Source of the DNA: Octopus vulgaris
Lineage: Eukaryota
DNA: 64,000 bases
Assembly: GCA_951406725.2 (NCBI GenBank)
Contig: OX597830.1
Span: 22,134,001 to 22,198,000, forward strand
Direction of reading: 5' to 3'
The position numbers and the translations under genes were made by a program. Below, piece after piece: positions 13,167-23,118 of this stretch (position 1 is the first letter of the stretch; each line of letters starts with the position of its first letter). Below the pieces are notes generated by a model, which was given only the letters and a program-made list of their open reading frames with translations, did no database searches and was not told the DNA's origin.

Positions 13167-13564
13167 GGAGTAAACACATAAATGTGAAACAAGGTGGAAA
13201 AAAGAGTACTCAAATACCAGTGGTAGAGTAATATGCTTTATTTAAAGCAGCAGAAAATTCAACAAAACCCGGGAAACTCAGAGTAACAGGTTTTGTTGAA
13301 TTTTCTGCTGCTTTAAATAAAGTATATATATATATATATTCTTTCATCTTTTACTTGTTCCAGTCACTGGACTAAGGCTATGCTCAGGTACTGCCATGAA
13401 GGTTTTAGCTGAACAACTCTACCCCAGTGATTATTTTCTCTAAGTCTGGGACTTTTGGACAGCTTGGACTTCTAGTAGAGGACACTTACCAAAGGTGTCC
13501 TGCAACAAGGATGAATCTGAAATCACATGGTTGCAAAGCAAGCATCTTATGTATACAGCCATGC

Positions 13565-13601
<37 letters not shown>

Positions 13602-16600
13602 TATAAAACCAAAAGAAACAAAATAACCATAACCAAAATAAATGACATGGAACTGCACCTGATTTCTCTTCACTTCCTTCGGTATCTTTATGATTTTCAT
13701 CACTTTTCAGAGCCTGTGGCAAAGAGATAACAAAAGCACTGATGAGTTCCTTCAACCTCCATTAGCACAACATCTCTATCAATTGTTGGTACAGAAACCA
13801 TTAGATATCTGAAGTAACACACACACACACACACATCATCATCAATCTATTACCATCTGGTTTTAAATGCTAGCACAAATTGTATTGGTTTGCTATATAA
13901 CAAATTAATCATATTAGTTTTAGTAATAGGAATGATAGCAATAAGTGTGTGGTGACTCCTCTCTCGTAAGACCAGTTTTAAGAGTGGGAGCCATTTCCTT
14001 TCAATCCTAGTTAAACCTTTTTGTTTTTTTAAAATCATATTTCTGTTGAAATACACTGTGTTTGTTGCAACTAATTCTGAAAATAACAAAAGACTCAGTA
14101 AAAGAACTGTTCATTATTAAACTGGTATTTAGGTAAATGGTTAGTGAGAGTAATGCAAACCATGTATGGAGACGCAGACAGTGAAGTGTGGGTTGGCAAA
14201 GAGTTCAGCAAAGAATTTGCAGAGAAAGTAGATATTCTTCTGGGCTGTTCTTACCTCCCACCAATTTAATAGTCTTCTAAACCATAACAGTGAAGTTTAA
14301 GATTATGCCCATGAAAGCTCTTGAAGCTGAGTGCAGTTTTGTGCCTGCAGAAAGGAACAAGGCAGACGTTCTAACCAGAATGAGAAAGGTCTGGTTGGTA
14401 AAGCTGGAAAATTTAAAGCAGGGGATAACTGCAGTGTGCCAGTTAAAGGACTTGAAGCTAAGGAGACTGCATGCCATGCATCATATGGGCATGGATAGAA
14501 CCCTGTATCTTGCCAGGAGGATTGATGCTGATGTTACTAGGCAGAGCATCCAAAAGGTGGTCGGGAATTGCAATAGGTGTCAATCTGTTGGCTCTGCTCT
14601 GGATGTGCACAAGCAGGGAAATATCTCAGTAGAGTACAACTGGAGACGATTAGCAGTGGATGTAACATTATCAAACGATCAAAGCCATGAGAGAAGGGGG
14701 GGTGCGCATCTCACTGCTGGAAGCAGTATTCTGGTACAATATGTCGCCTTGATCAGGACAGGCCAAAGAGTCCATGCCATGGCGAGCTGGCAGAAATGTT
14801 AGCACACCAGGCGAAATGCGTAGCCGTATTTCATCTGCCGTTACATTCTGAGTTCAAATTCCGCCGAGGTCGATAAATTAAGTACCAGTTACGCACTGGG
14901 GTTGATATAACCTACTTAATCCGTTTGTCTGTCCTTGTTTGTCTCCTCTGTGTTTAGACCCTTGTGGGTAATAAAGAAACAGGTATTTCGTCTGCCATTA
15001 CATTCGGAGTTCAAATTGCGCCGAGGTTGACTTTGCCTTTCATCCCTTCGGGGTTGATAAATTAAGTACCAGCTGTGTACTGGGGTCGATGTAATCGACT
15101 TAATCTCTTTGTCTGTCCTTGTTTGTCCCCTCTATGTTTAGTCCCATGTGGGCAGTAAAGAAATAAGAAAGAGTCCATGCCACACAGAGCGATAGTTAGA
15201 TATGAATGGCAGCATCCAAATAAACCATCAGAATGCCAAGTGGAAGAGATCCTATCTTTGTGGAGGTCGGAGATGAAGTCTGAGTCAAGCTCCCGAAGGC
15301 ACACTGTACATCTCAGTGGAACAGTAATGGCTGTTAACTCCAAAAATAATGTTTCTGTGGATGGAATGCCGCGTCACATTTTGGATGTTCACAGGAGTGT
15401 CGTTTTGTTAGACGATGAAGGTGGAGGAGAGGAAGAGAACGAGGCTTCCTCCTTATGGATATCACAGTGTGAGGAATCCACCTGGGTGGATAGCAGGTTT
15501 TGACATGAAGTGAGGTGATCTTGGAGATTAGTGGTGGGGGTGTGTGGAGATGAGATGAGCCGGAAGGAAAGGGCTGTGATGTCAACGGTCAAGGGGCTTG
15601 AATTGAACAAGATGGGCGAGAGAGGAAGTGAGGGAAAGAAGACCAGGGTCGTCCTCATTTGCCTTGGAGCTCGCGACTAACAGACGTGAGGCGAGGATTA
15701 GCATTAGCAACTGCTATCTTTGGATGCATGGGCAGGGCGTGAGTTTGGGATTGAGTACAGCTTGACAGCAGACGACGTGAAGGTAGGTGTACAGTTCCCT
15801 CGTACAAAACTTACCTAGTGGATAACCGTGGCAAAAATAAAATATGAACGCTCAAAGACAATTAAATATATGTAAAAAGGATCGTTATTGAGTTGTGCAT
15901 TTGTTACCCAGGCCAGGGCCTCTAAATGTACTTTCGTTCCATTCCTGGTAATAAAACTAGTTCCCTATATATCATTCTCTGGCTAAATTCTTCGCCACAC
16001 ACCGTATAGTTGAGTCTAAAAATTGATTAAATTTTTGTGGGCCCTAAAAATTTAAGTAGAAATAAAAAAATTTTAATGAAAGCAATAAATAAATAAATGA
16101 AAGCTTTTAAATTTTCAACAGCGAAGCTTCTTAAAAGTAACAGCTGATATATTTTATATAAAAGTTTGGCGGTTAATATCTAGATCCGCACCCGGTGGGA
16201 AAAATGGAAACGAAAATGTGTAACAGTTGTAAGGCATCGTATATTGACGGAATAAGACGGGAAAAAAGCGCGCTGACAAACGGGGGGTGGGTGGGGGGCT
16301 CGGGAAATTCCCAGGATCAACCGTAGAGGATCCACGCCCAGGTGGCAAAAATGGAAAAAATATGTGTAACAGGTGTAAGGCATCGTATATTGAAGGAATA
16401 TGACGAAAAAAAAGCGCGCTGACAAACGGGGGGGGGGCTCGGAAAATTGCCTACGATTTAAAGAAAAATTTACCATCAATTTTCACCATTTTAAACGCAT
16501 TTCACACACATAGCCCAATGTCATAATTCAAAACTAACGCAGCGAAAATTTTGAAAAGTTCCCCCAGTTCTGAAAAAAATCGATAAATTCGACATGGGGT

Positions 16601-18453
16601 CGCGAATCAGAAACACAATGGTGAAAATTGATGGTAAATTTTTCTTTAAATCGTAGGCAATTTTCCGAGCCCCCCCCCCCCCCGTTTGTCAGCGCGCTTT
16701 TTTTTCGTCATATTCCTTCAATATACGATGCCTTACACCTGTTACACATATTTTTTTCCATTTTTGCCTCTACGGTTGATCCTGGGAATTTCCCGAGCCC
16801 CCACCCCACCCCCCGTTTGTCAGCGCGCTTTTTTCCCGTCTTATTCCGTCAATATACGATGCCTTACAACTGTTACACATTTTCGTTTCCATTTTTCCCA
16901 CCGGGTGCGGATCTAGATATTAACCATTTCGGTTATATATATACTCTACAACCCACGGAAATACCTGAAGTGAAATGTTTTGATTTTGTCGAGTTATATC
17001 GAAGGAAGGTTAAACCCGAAGGAATGCCAAAAGTTTTCCCCAGTTCATAGAAAAGGTTATTCTTGTTTATTTTCAAGCCGGGGTCAACTTTATTTTTCAT
17101 GGTTTCAGGTTCGGTAAAATGAAATACGTTCAAATACTGGAAGCAATGTAATCGACGAACACCTCACCTAAAATTTCGAAGTTCATGTTTTAGCAGAAAG
17201 GATTATTATTTGTTTTGTTTTAGTATAACAAAAAAAAAAAATTTTTTTTTTCATTGAAAGAAATTGCTAATAGATATTGAAATGCAGTCAAAAGAAATGT
17301 TTATGCGTAAATATTAAAATGTCATGTAAGAGACGGAAGGACAAATCTTATGTTTAAAAACTGATTCTTTTTTTCTGTTCAATTACGACCCGTGTGAAAT
17401 ATTTTCATACTTCAGTCTTCTAGGTTCAAGTACAAAGGGAAAATACGGTTATCTAAGGATCTGGAAACTGATTAAAGTTTTCTTTCATAATTCTTTCAAC
17501 TATGGGCAGAAGGCCTAAGCATTTGGAGGGAGACAGCCGATTACGATGATCGTCTGCTCAACTGATACTTATCTTAATCAACTCCGAAAGGACGAAATTC
17601 GAAATGTTTCAGAATGCAGGATATAATAAAATGGCTAATACCAGATTTTAATTATTCTTCGAATTACATGTTTCAAAATATGAACTATAATAATGAAAGG
17701 AAAAAGATTTTATATGGGGATGCTAGTGAAGATACGAGAGAGAGAGGTGATTTTTTATTATTTATTTTTTATTGTTCTTCTAACAAGCTTTCCCCCATTA
17801 AAATTTACCTTATTTCGAGTTCGTGGTGCAAAAAGTAATTCATAAATCGCGGCGAAAACAGTGAAAATCCAACTTTTGTGGGTGAGCTTTGAGCTTGTTT
17901 CGAAACTCCGCCATTACGCATCAGTTTTTCGCCGTCCGTTCACAACTGATATTATATTCCATTAGATTCCCGTAAATAAGGGAAATGGTGCTGGTGACCA
18001 GGGGTAGATAGATATACAACGAAGGACTTTCATACTTAGTAACAAATAATCAATTATGCTTTTATAAAATACAAACAAAAGTCATTATAACGGTTTGTGT
18101 TTAAAATGGCTACAAATGACTTTCGCCACAATGAAACCATCAATTTCTTTCAACACTCATAGGTTTATTTTGATCTGTTAGACATTTTTTGCACGAGTTT
18201 TGAAGGTTCAAGAAACCTCCAACATTATTATAATTATAATTATAATACTATGTTTTTATATATATATATATATATTATACATAATAAACACCGTCGCTGA
18301 TTAAAAGATCGCTCTTACCTTTTCTAAACGTTCCAACAACACGGCCTTTACTCCAGTCTTGTCCAGACCTCGTTTCTCCAGTTCACTGCGGAGATCCACA
18401 ACCCTGAGATCTATCAACTTGTCACTGGAGATCTCACCACTTGCACTGGCCAT
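612..18453 (-). CDS. SAFB: SAFB/SLTM-family gene, copy B (5' 10 coding exons; continues beyond left window edge)
   Basis: Exons (minus strand): 18319-18453, 13659-13713, 12806-12834, 12221-12272, 9351-9382, 8078-8317, 7725-7758, 2497-3097, 848-888, 612-706. One-to-one homologous to copy A exons 1-10 with identical intron phases. The frame is open through the SAP domain and the first half of the RRM ([26 protein letters not shown]). Confidence 0.9.
848..888 (-). CDS. SAFB: SAFB-like copy B exon 9
   Basis: ttgcag| acceptor, |gtaagt donor, 41 nt as in copy A; [13 protein letters not shown]. Confidence 0.85.
2300..2418 (-). other. Candidate poison (PTC) cassette exon in copy B intron 8
   Basis: cttctcggtaacag| acceptor and ATC|gtgagt donor, 119 nt; inclusion reads AG|A TGT TGA, an immediate stop; near-identical in copy A. 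Confidence 0.5.
2497..3097 (-). CDS. SAFB: SAFB-like copy B exon 8 (acidic repeat exon)
   Basis: ctgtag| acceptor, AG|gttggt donor, 601 nt; overlaps ORF 2463..3038; contains [20 protein letters not shown]. Confidence 0.88.
4290..4860 (-). mobile_element. Degenerate Tc1/mariner-superfamily (maT/DD37D-like) transposase fragment
   Basis: Minus-strand translation through stops: [37 protein letters not shown]..., DQD*KLNRENDR*L; boundaries approximate. Confidence 0.65.
5454..5571. mobile_element. 118-bp Tc1/mariner-type MITE
   Basis: TIRs CAGGGTGATTCAAAAGT / ACTTTTAAATCACCCTG (1 mismatch), TA on both sides, extra internal inverted repeat. Confidence 0.75.
5812..5852. repeat. (TA)n microsatellite within CA/TA-rich low-complexity tract
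   Basis: About 20 TA units. Confidence 0.9.
6516..6720. mobile_element. piggyBac-like MITE (TTAA/CCCTTTAGCA termini)
   Basis: Starts aaccctttagcatt and ends tgctaaagggttaa; related copies at about 48290-48494 and 48732-48953. Confidence 0.6.
6797..7026. repeat. Two-copy tandem duplication of about 120 bp
   Basis: actatagcagagga...tatccttatcaaaaagga.ggttaaacaaaatttttgctttt occurs twice, each copy preceded by a CA tract. Confidence 0.85.
7725..7758 (-). CDS. SAFB: SAFB-like copy B exon 7
   Basis: 34 nt, tttag| and |gtatgt; [11 protein letters not shown]; same length and phase as 43704-43737. Confidence 0.8.
8078..8317 (-). CDS. SAFB: SAFB-like copy B exon 6
   Basis: 240 nt; [16 protein letters not shown]...DKTSVEDL...[10 protein letters not shown]...DLQ; homologous to 44078-44302. 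Confidence 0.85.
9351..9382 (-). CDS. SAFB: SAFB-like copy B exon 5
   Basis: 32 nt, ttccag| and |gttggt; [10 protein letters not shown]; matches 46180-46211. Confidence 0.8.
9650..11080 (-). mobile_element. Internally deleted Gypsy-type LTR retrotransposon
   Basis: Direct repeats 9786-9978 and 10887-11080, both starting TGTTGTGG on the minus strand. A polypurine tract AAAGAGGGAGA abuts the 3' LTR. A gag-like start [17 protein letters not shown]...[20 protein letters not shown] is joined to an integrase Zn-finger-like remnant (RDIEKLV...C..AL). Confidence 0.75.
12221..12272 (-). CDS. SAFB: SAFB-like copy B exon 4
   Basis: 52 nt, ttttag| and |gtaagt; [17 protein letters not shown]; matches 47821-47872. 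Confidence 0.8.
12806..12834 (-). CDS. SAFB: SAFB-like copy B exon 3 (micro-exon)
   Basis: 29 nt, tttcag| and |gtgagc; phase 1 to 0 like the 26-nt exon of copy A. Confidence 0.72.
13165..13322. mobile_element. Penelope-like terminal fragment with 34-bp perfect inverted repeat inside (TA)n
   Basis: ctttatttaaagcagcagaaaattcaacaaaacc (13236-13269) is inverted at 13289-13322; TA arrays flank both sides; family assignment is inferred. Confidence 0.5.
13659..13713 (-). CDS. SAFB: SAFB-like copy B exon 2
   Basis: cacag|GCT acceptor; [18 protein letters not shown]; donor CAG|gtgcag, with an alternative in-phase donor at 13647. Confidence 0.75.
14290..15806 (+). mobile_element. Gypsy-type integrase remnant plus 3' LTR, interrupted by SINE
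   Basis: ORF 14290..14802 has [14 protein letters not shown]...C..CQS and WRRLAVDVT (integrase Zn finger and core start); continues at 15177..15503 ([13 protein letters not shown]); purine tract then TG at about 15541. Confidence 0.75.
14781..15167 (+). mobile_element. tRNA-derived SINE with tandemly duplicated body and 15-bp target-site duplication
   Basis: B box GAGTTCAAATTC; central GCCTTTCATCC...GATAAATTAAGTACCAG domain (Meta-SINE-like from memory); TSD AAAGAGTCCATGCCA at 14765-14779 and 15168-15182. Family copies also at about 19120, 39880, 48540, 58275, 60050 and 60290. Confidence 0.8.
16171..16925. mobile_element. Foldback non-autonomous DNA transposon with GG..CC termini (Merlin-like)
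   Basis: Near-perfect inverted arms 16171-16490 and 16617-16925, each made of two ~150-bp subrepeats; termini GGTTAATATCTAG. Confidence 0.75.
18319..18453 (-). CDS. SAFB: SAFB-like copy B exon 1 (SAP domain)
   Basis: ATG at 18453; [45 protein letters not shown]; AAG|gtaaga donor. Confidence 0.92.
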
Positions 18454-18607
18454 GATATATGTAAGTGAATGTCGAGATTTGTTTAATCCACTGGTTTCAC
18501 GTTGAAGCAGAAACTTGGTTAGGACGCAATTCTGTTTTAATATTTTGCTATACAACAGTTAGCTCCCTTCTATCCGTGGTGACGTTGAAGCTACTTCTTT
18601 TAGTGTT

Positions 18608-18622
18608 GCCACCAGATGGCAC
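18608..18622. promoter_or_regulatory. CTCF-like motif in copy B promoter/5' region
   Basis: GCCACCAGATGGCAC, close to the CTCF core CCASYAGRKGGCRS, about 155 nt upstream of the ATG in CpG-retaining sequence. Confidence 0.4.
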
Positions 18623-20586
18623 AAAGCGTCAAGCCTGATATTTGGTCCATTCCTAAGAGATCTCCACTATCTCTTCCGTAATTCTTCAAACTTTGTTCTC
18701 TTTTACGGAACTCTACGTTCCTGAAAATTTTTCCACAAGGGGGAAATCGAATCTTGGTGGCTATCACTGATTTGTACATTTTAAAATGAAGTGAAAAATT
18801 TCAAATTTGTCACGCTGAAACTGAACTGAGTCATTTATTGCAGAAATATAGTTAGAAAAATGTTAGAGTGATTCAAAGTTTGATGAAGAGGGTGGCAACA
18901 AGTTGACCTAACATATATAGTATAATGCTTTGAATGTGTTCATGAAAGCATTCAGCAAGCCAATGGCCCCTGTTTTCCCAATGTAAAAGAATGCCATAAA
19001 GTTTGTAGTTGATAGTATTTGAGGCTGAAAGATGAGTAACAGAAGTTTGGAGTGAGGCGGTACTGTGGCTTAGGCCCAGTGATGGTTGGTGTAGTGTTAA
19101 TTTAGGGACAGGTCAGGGCGGCAAGCTGGCAGGATCATTAGCACGCCAGGCAAAATTCTTAGCGACATGCCATCCATCGTAACATTCCAAGTTCAATTCA
19201 TCCTTTTGGGGTCGATAAAATTAGTACCAGTCGAGCACTGGAGTCAACGTAGGTATTTCATGATGATCATTTACAGGAAAAGAATTTAGTAGATTGGCAG
19301 TATCAGTTTATGGCTGGCCTTTATTCTACGATTTAAGTGTAAAAACAATTATTTCTTGCATTGTAGTAGGAATTTCGAGGGGTGGGAGAAAAGGGTTTCT
19401 GTTATCTTCAGAAATGTAAACAAAGCCACTTACGGTACTTATACCGAAGGATCGCCAAAAAAAAAAAAACAATACTCTTGTTATATAGATTTCGAATTTA
19501 GGCACAAGGCCTGCAATTTCAGAGGAAAGATAATTTGATTACATCGACCCGGAAAGGAAGAAAGGCAGAGTTGATGCGGGAGGAATTTGAGCTCCGAACA
19601 TAGAGGATCTAGTCTTTCTCATTCGCAAAATGAGCCCCTTTTAATTTTGCTCAGATTGCTTTCAGTTTTGGTGTATCAATGCAACTCTGAATTTTGGTTA
19701 CGATCAACCAATTACTTTATCTCGTAAATTAAAGAATCTGATGTTATTTGGAAATAAAGTTGGGAAATTTGGGTAATTTTAGCCAATCAACAGACAGCGA
19801 GGCATTAACAGCTTGTTACCATGACAACCGCATGTTATGTTGTGTTTCACCCGCATTTTTATAATATTGACGGGAGGCCCCTAAATCATGTAATAACTGC
19901 GAGAAATGAAATTAGAAAATGAATTTATTTTAAATTAATTGACAAATAAGTACAATTCTTGAATTGTTGTCATCAGGCTTGCCAGCGTGGATGCCTGGTG
20001 CAATAAATGTGTGAATCTGAGAGGGGAATATGTTACATAAATTCATAATTAACTGATCCTCCTGTATTTTCTTTTATCCAAAGCCAGGAACTTTTCAGCA
20101 CCTGCCTCATACAATGACTCTACCAAGTTACTTGGATGAATTAGTATCAATTACACACACACACAATGCATGGATTAATTTACGTAACCATATATGAGTA
20201 TCATTTAAACTATATACCTAAAAATAATAAATAAACAAGGTACTACTTAAGAAGAGTGGTCCCAGTGCGCGTACTCGCGCTAGCTAGTCGTGACTAGCCG
20301 ATCCTTACTTTGTGTTTTATTTACTTTGTTTTTAAAAAAATGGATCTTTTCCTTTTGAACGGCACTTTGTAACATAATTTCTAGGTAACTAAAAAGTTTT
20401 AAACTTCGTATACTGGTAGAATGTGTTTATAAAACATCATTTTCTCTTGGCTTTATTGAGAAAATTCTATAGTTTATAAGATATTTCGTCTGAAATGTTT
20501 TGCATTTCGGCAATTTTAACCAATCAGTTACCTCCACTGACGTAAATAACATTCTGTGCATAATGAATATGTCCCTCCTTTAAGAA

Positions 20587-20886
20587 ACAGATTGGGTTTA
20601 TTTACATTTGTGAAGAAAAAAGATACCCTTCCCCCACCCCTAACCCTAAATCTAAAATAGATTGAAATGCAATAGATCGATGCTAGGGTTATAATTATGG
20701 GTGACAATTTCATACGACACTGCTACGGAAAATGGGATTTTTTTCTAGCGGTGTCAGATGAAAATGTCACCCATAATTATGGCCCTAGTATTGATCTATT
20801 GCATTTCAATCTATTTTAGATTTAGGGTTAGGGGTTGGGGAAGGGTATCTTTTTTTTCTTCACAAATGTAAATAAACCCAATCTGT
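20587..20886. repeat. Long inverted repeat (about 140-bp arms) in a non-autonomous element
   Basis: 20587-20725 is the reverse complement of 20745-20886 with few mismatches; a Helitron-like 3' end (gcgcg-tact-cgcgc, CTAG) lies at 20267-20287. Confidence 0.8.
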
Positions 20887-20914
20887 CTTCCTTTTCAAAT
20901 TTAGTGCATTTGTA

Positions 20915-21290
20915 ACTACATGAGGCAATTTCAGAAGAAGTATTTAGCCAAAAATAAACCTCTGTACTTGGCTTTTGTAGACATGGAGAAAGCCATTGAC
21001 AGGGTCCCCTGCTCCCTTATCTGCTGGGCTATATGGAAGCTACAGCTAGATAAGTGGTTGGTGAAAGCTGTACAAGCCATGTACAGGGATGCTGTCAGTA
21101 AGGTGAAAGTCAGCAATGAATATAGCAAGGAACTGAGTGTACAGGTAGGAGTTCACCAAGGATCACTTCTCAGCCCTCTCTTGTTTATCATAGTCCTCCA
21201 GGCCATAACAGAACTTAAAACTGGATGCCCTTAGGAGCTCCTCTATGCTGATGACCTTGTTCTTATTGCTGAATCACTATCAGAACTAAA
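20915..21290 (+). mobile_element. RTE-clade LINE reverse transcriptase fragment
   Basis: LYLAFVDMEKAIDRVP, VGVHQGSLLSPLLFIIVL and ELLYADDLVLIAES, with an in-frame stop. Confidence 0.9.
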
Positions 21291-22609
21291 GAGGGGGAAG
21301 GTCTATATTATTCTGCATGTGTGTCCAAACTATAGGCACAAATGAAACAATACTATGAAGATCTATAAATTTATGCATAAAAAGCTATATTAACAGATAC
21401 TTAAATTTGTGAAATGACCATAGCAAATAGTTAATGTTACAATTTTATCTTTAACATGTTCCAGAGCAAATGCTAGAGCACCACTATTCATTGTTTTTCT
21501 TATTAGGTTCAAATGCTTATCAGTATAATGAGAATAGACAGATATATACCTCAGCATAAGGCACAGTAAATATAATAATTCGCTAGCAGATAAGTAGGTT
21601 AGTCTATAGATATATCAATACATATGCAGATAGCGAAATGTATTGATATACAGGTAGCTGAACTGAAAAGAAATTAAAATCATCTCAAGTGGTAAATAAC
21701 TTGGACTGAGCTTTGATTGCAGCTGGACAAAGTAGTTTATTTTTAAGTATTAAAGTTTTATCATTTTAATTAATCTTTTACTTCCTTAAACTATAAAGCA
21801 CATCATATCTATCAAACATATTAAAGAAGGTAAATAAGCAATACCTTGCAAGTTCATTTCAATTATATTTAAAAGCAGTTTTCATTAAATGGTAGGACTT
21901 CAAAAGAATGTTTTTGAAATGCTTTGCTTGTGTTTAATAATTATCATCATTGAATATCCGTTTTCCATGCTGGTATGGGTTGGACGGTTTGACAAGAGGT
22001 GAGTAGCCAGAAGACTACACCAAGCTCCACAGTCTATTTTGGCATAGTTTTTATGGCTGCATGCCCTTCCTAATGCCAACCACCTTACAGAGTCGGCTGA
22101 GTGTTTTTTATTTGGCACCAGCACCAGTGAGGTCTGTTTTGGCATGGTTTTTATGGCTGGATGCCAACCACTTTGTAAAAGCACCCAAACCACTCTGTAG
22201 AGTGGCCTGGATGCTTTTTAGATGGCACCAGCATGCTGGCTTACACTGTGGAATTTCCACAGGCTCCATTAATAATTATTATTCTGAAATGATGTTTTCA
22301 CAACACTTCTAACATAGAAACTCTCGGTGTGCAAGTACTGGTATTTTTTTTTTCTTAAGAATTATTAATGAAGAAATGACAACAGTTGAATATGTGCAAA
22401 CTAAATACTTTTTCATCTGATGTCCAGGCTGGAATTATTAGTCATATCCATCTCACCAGCCCAGGAGAAAGACCTGCAAATGTTATTATGGACACTCTCC
22501 CTTCTAACTAATAAATTAAAATAGATAAATTGATATAGAAAATAAAATGGACAAAACAAGAGAGTAATAACATTAATAACATCCTTTATGTGTTTTACAG
22601 CAAATAAAA

Positions 22610-22615
22610 TTTATT
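22610..22615 (-). terminator. Probable polyadenylation signal of copy A
   Basis: AATAAA on the minus strand about 500 nt after the stop, followed by a T/GT-rich tract; a proximal AATAAA lies at 23004-23009. Confidence 0.5.
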
Positions 22616-23118
22616 TCTCCATATATTACATTCTATGTGGTCTCTTGTACTTTGTTATAACAGTCTGTGGTTGCTCTTCTTCCCTGCTCCCCCGCTTTCA
22701 TAAATACAGTCTATTTGTTCTCTCTTCCACTCACTTCTCTCTCATTAATACATTCAATTGCATGAAGGAGGAGGAAGAATATTAGAGATAAAATATAGCA
22801 ACATATACATAGGAAATAAATACATTAAGACTACAAATAGTGGGTAGAGATTGTGATATAAAGAAGACAGAGTGTATGTGGTGTGCGTGTGTATGTGTTA
22901 TATATTAAATATGATAAATATGAACAGAAAGAATGATGAGATGTCCAAGAACTGAAGAGAAAATGACAACTGGAATGGAGAATATGTGACAGTAAAGGAA
23001 GGTTTTATTCTGTGTCTCAGATTCCATCTGATCCTCCTAGACAAACACCCTGCCCTGACTTCCATCTCCACCTGTAACAAAGTCCTCAGTTTGAGTTTCA
23101 CACAAGCCTCATAACCTT

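Noticed and set aside
16171-16925. Idea that the two intron-1 foldback elements are one insertion predating the gene duplication
   Set aside because: Internal repeats and flanks differ, and the copy A element sits inside a gag remnant that is absent here.
16154-17050. Duplicated ORFs on both strands ([17 protein letters not shown]...)
   Set aside because: By-product of the foldback inverted repeat; no transposase motifs.
19815-19828. RFX X-box-like motif GTTACCATGACAAC near a CCAAT (similar palindrome at 32545)
   Set aside because: Lies in probable repeat-derived sequence and has no counterpart upstream of the other paralog; a short motif alone is insufficient.
20638-20649. Telomere-like CCCTAA/TTAGGG
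   Set aside because: Only two units, embedded in a palindromic repeat; not an interstitial telomere array.
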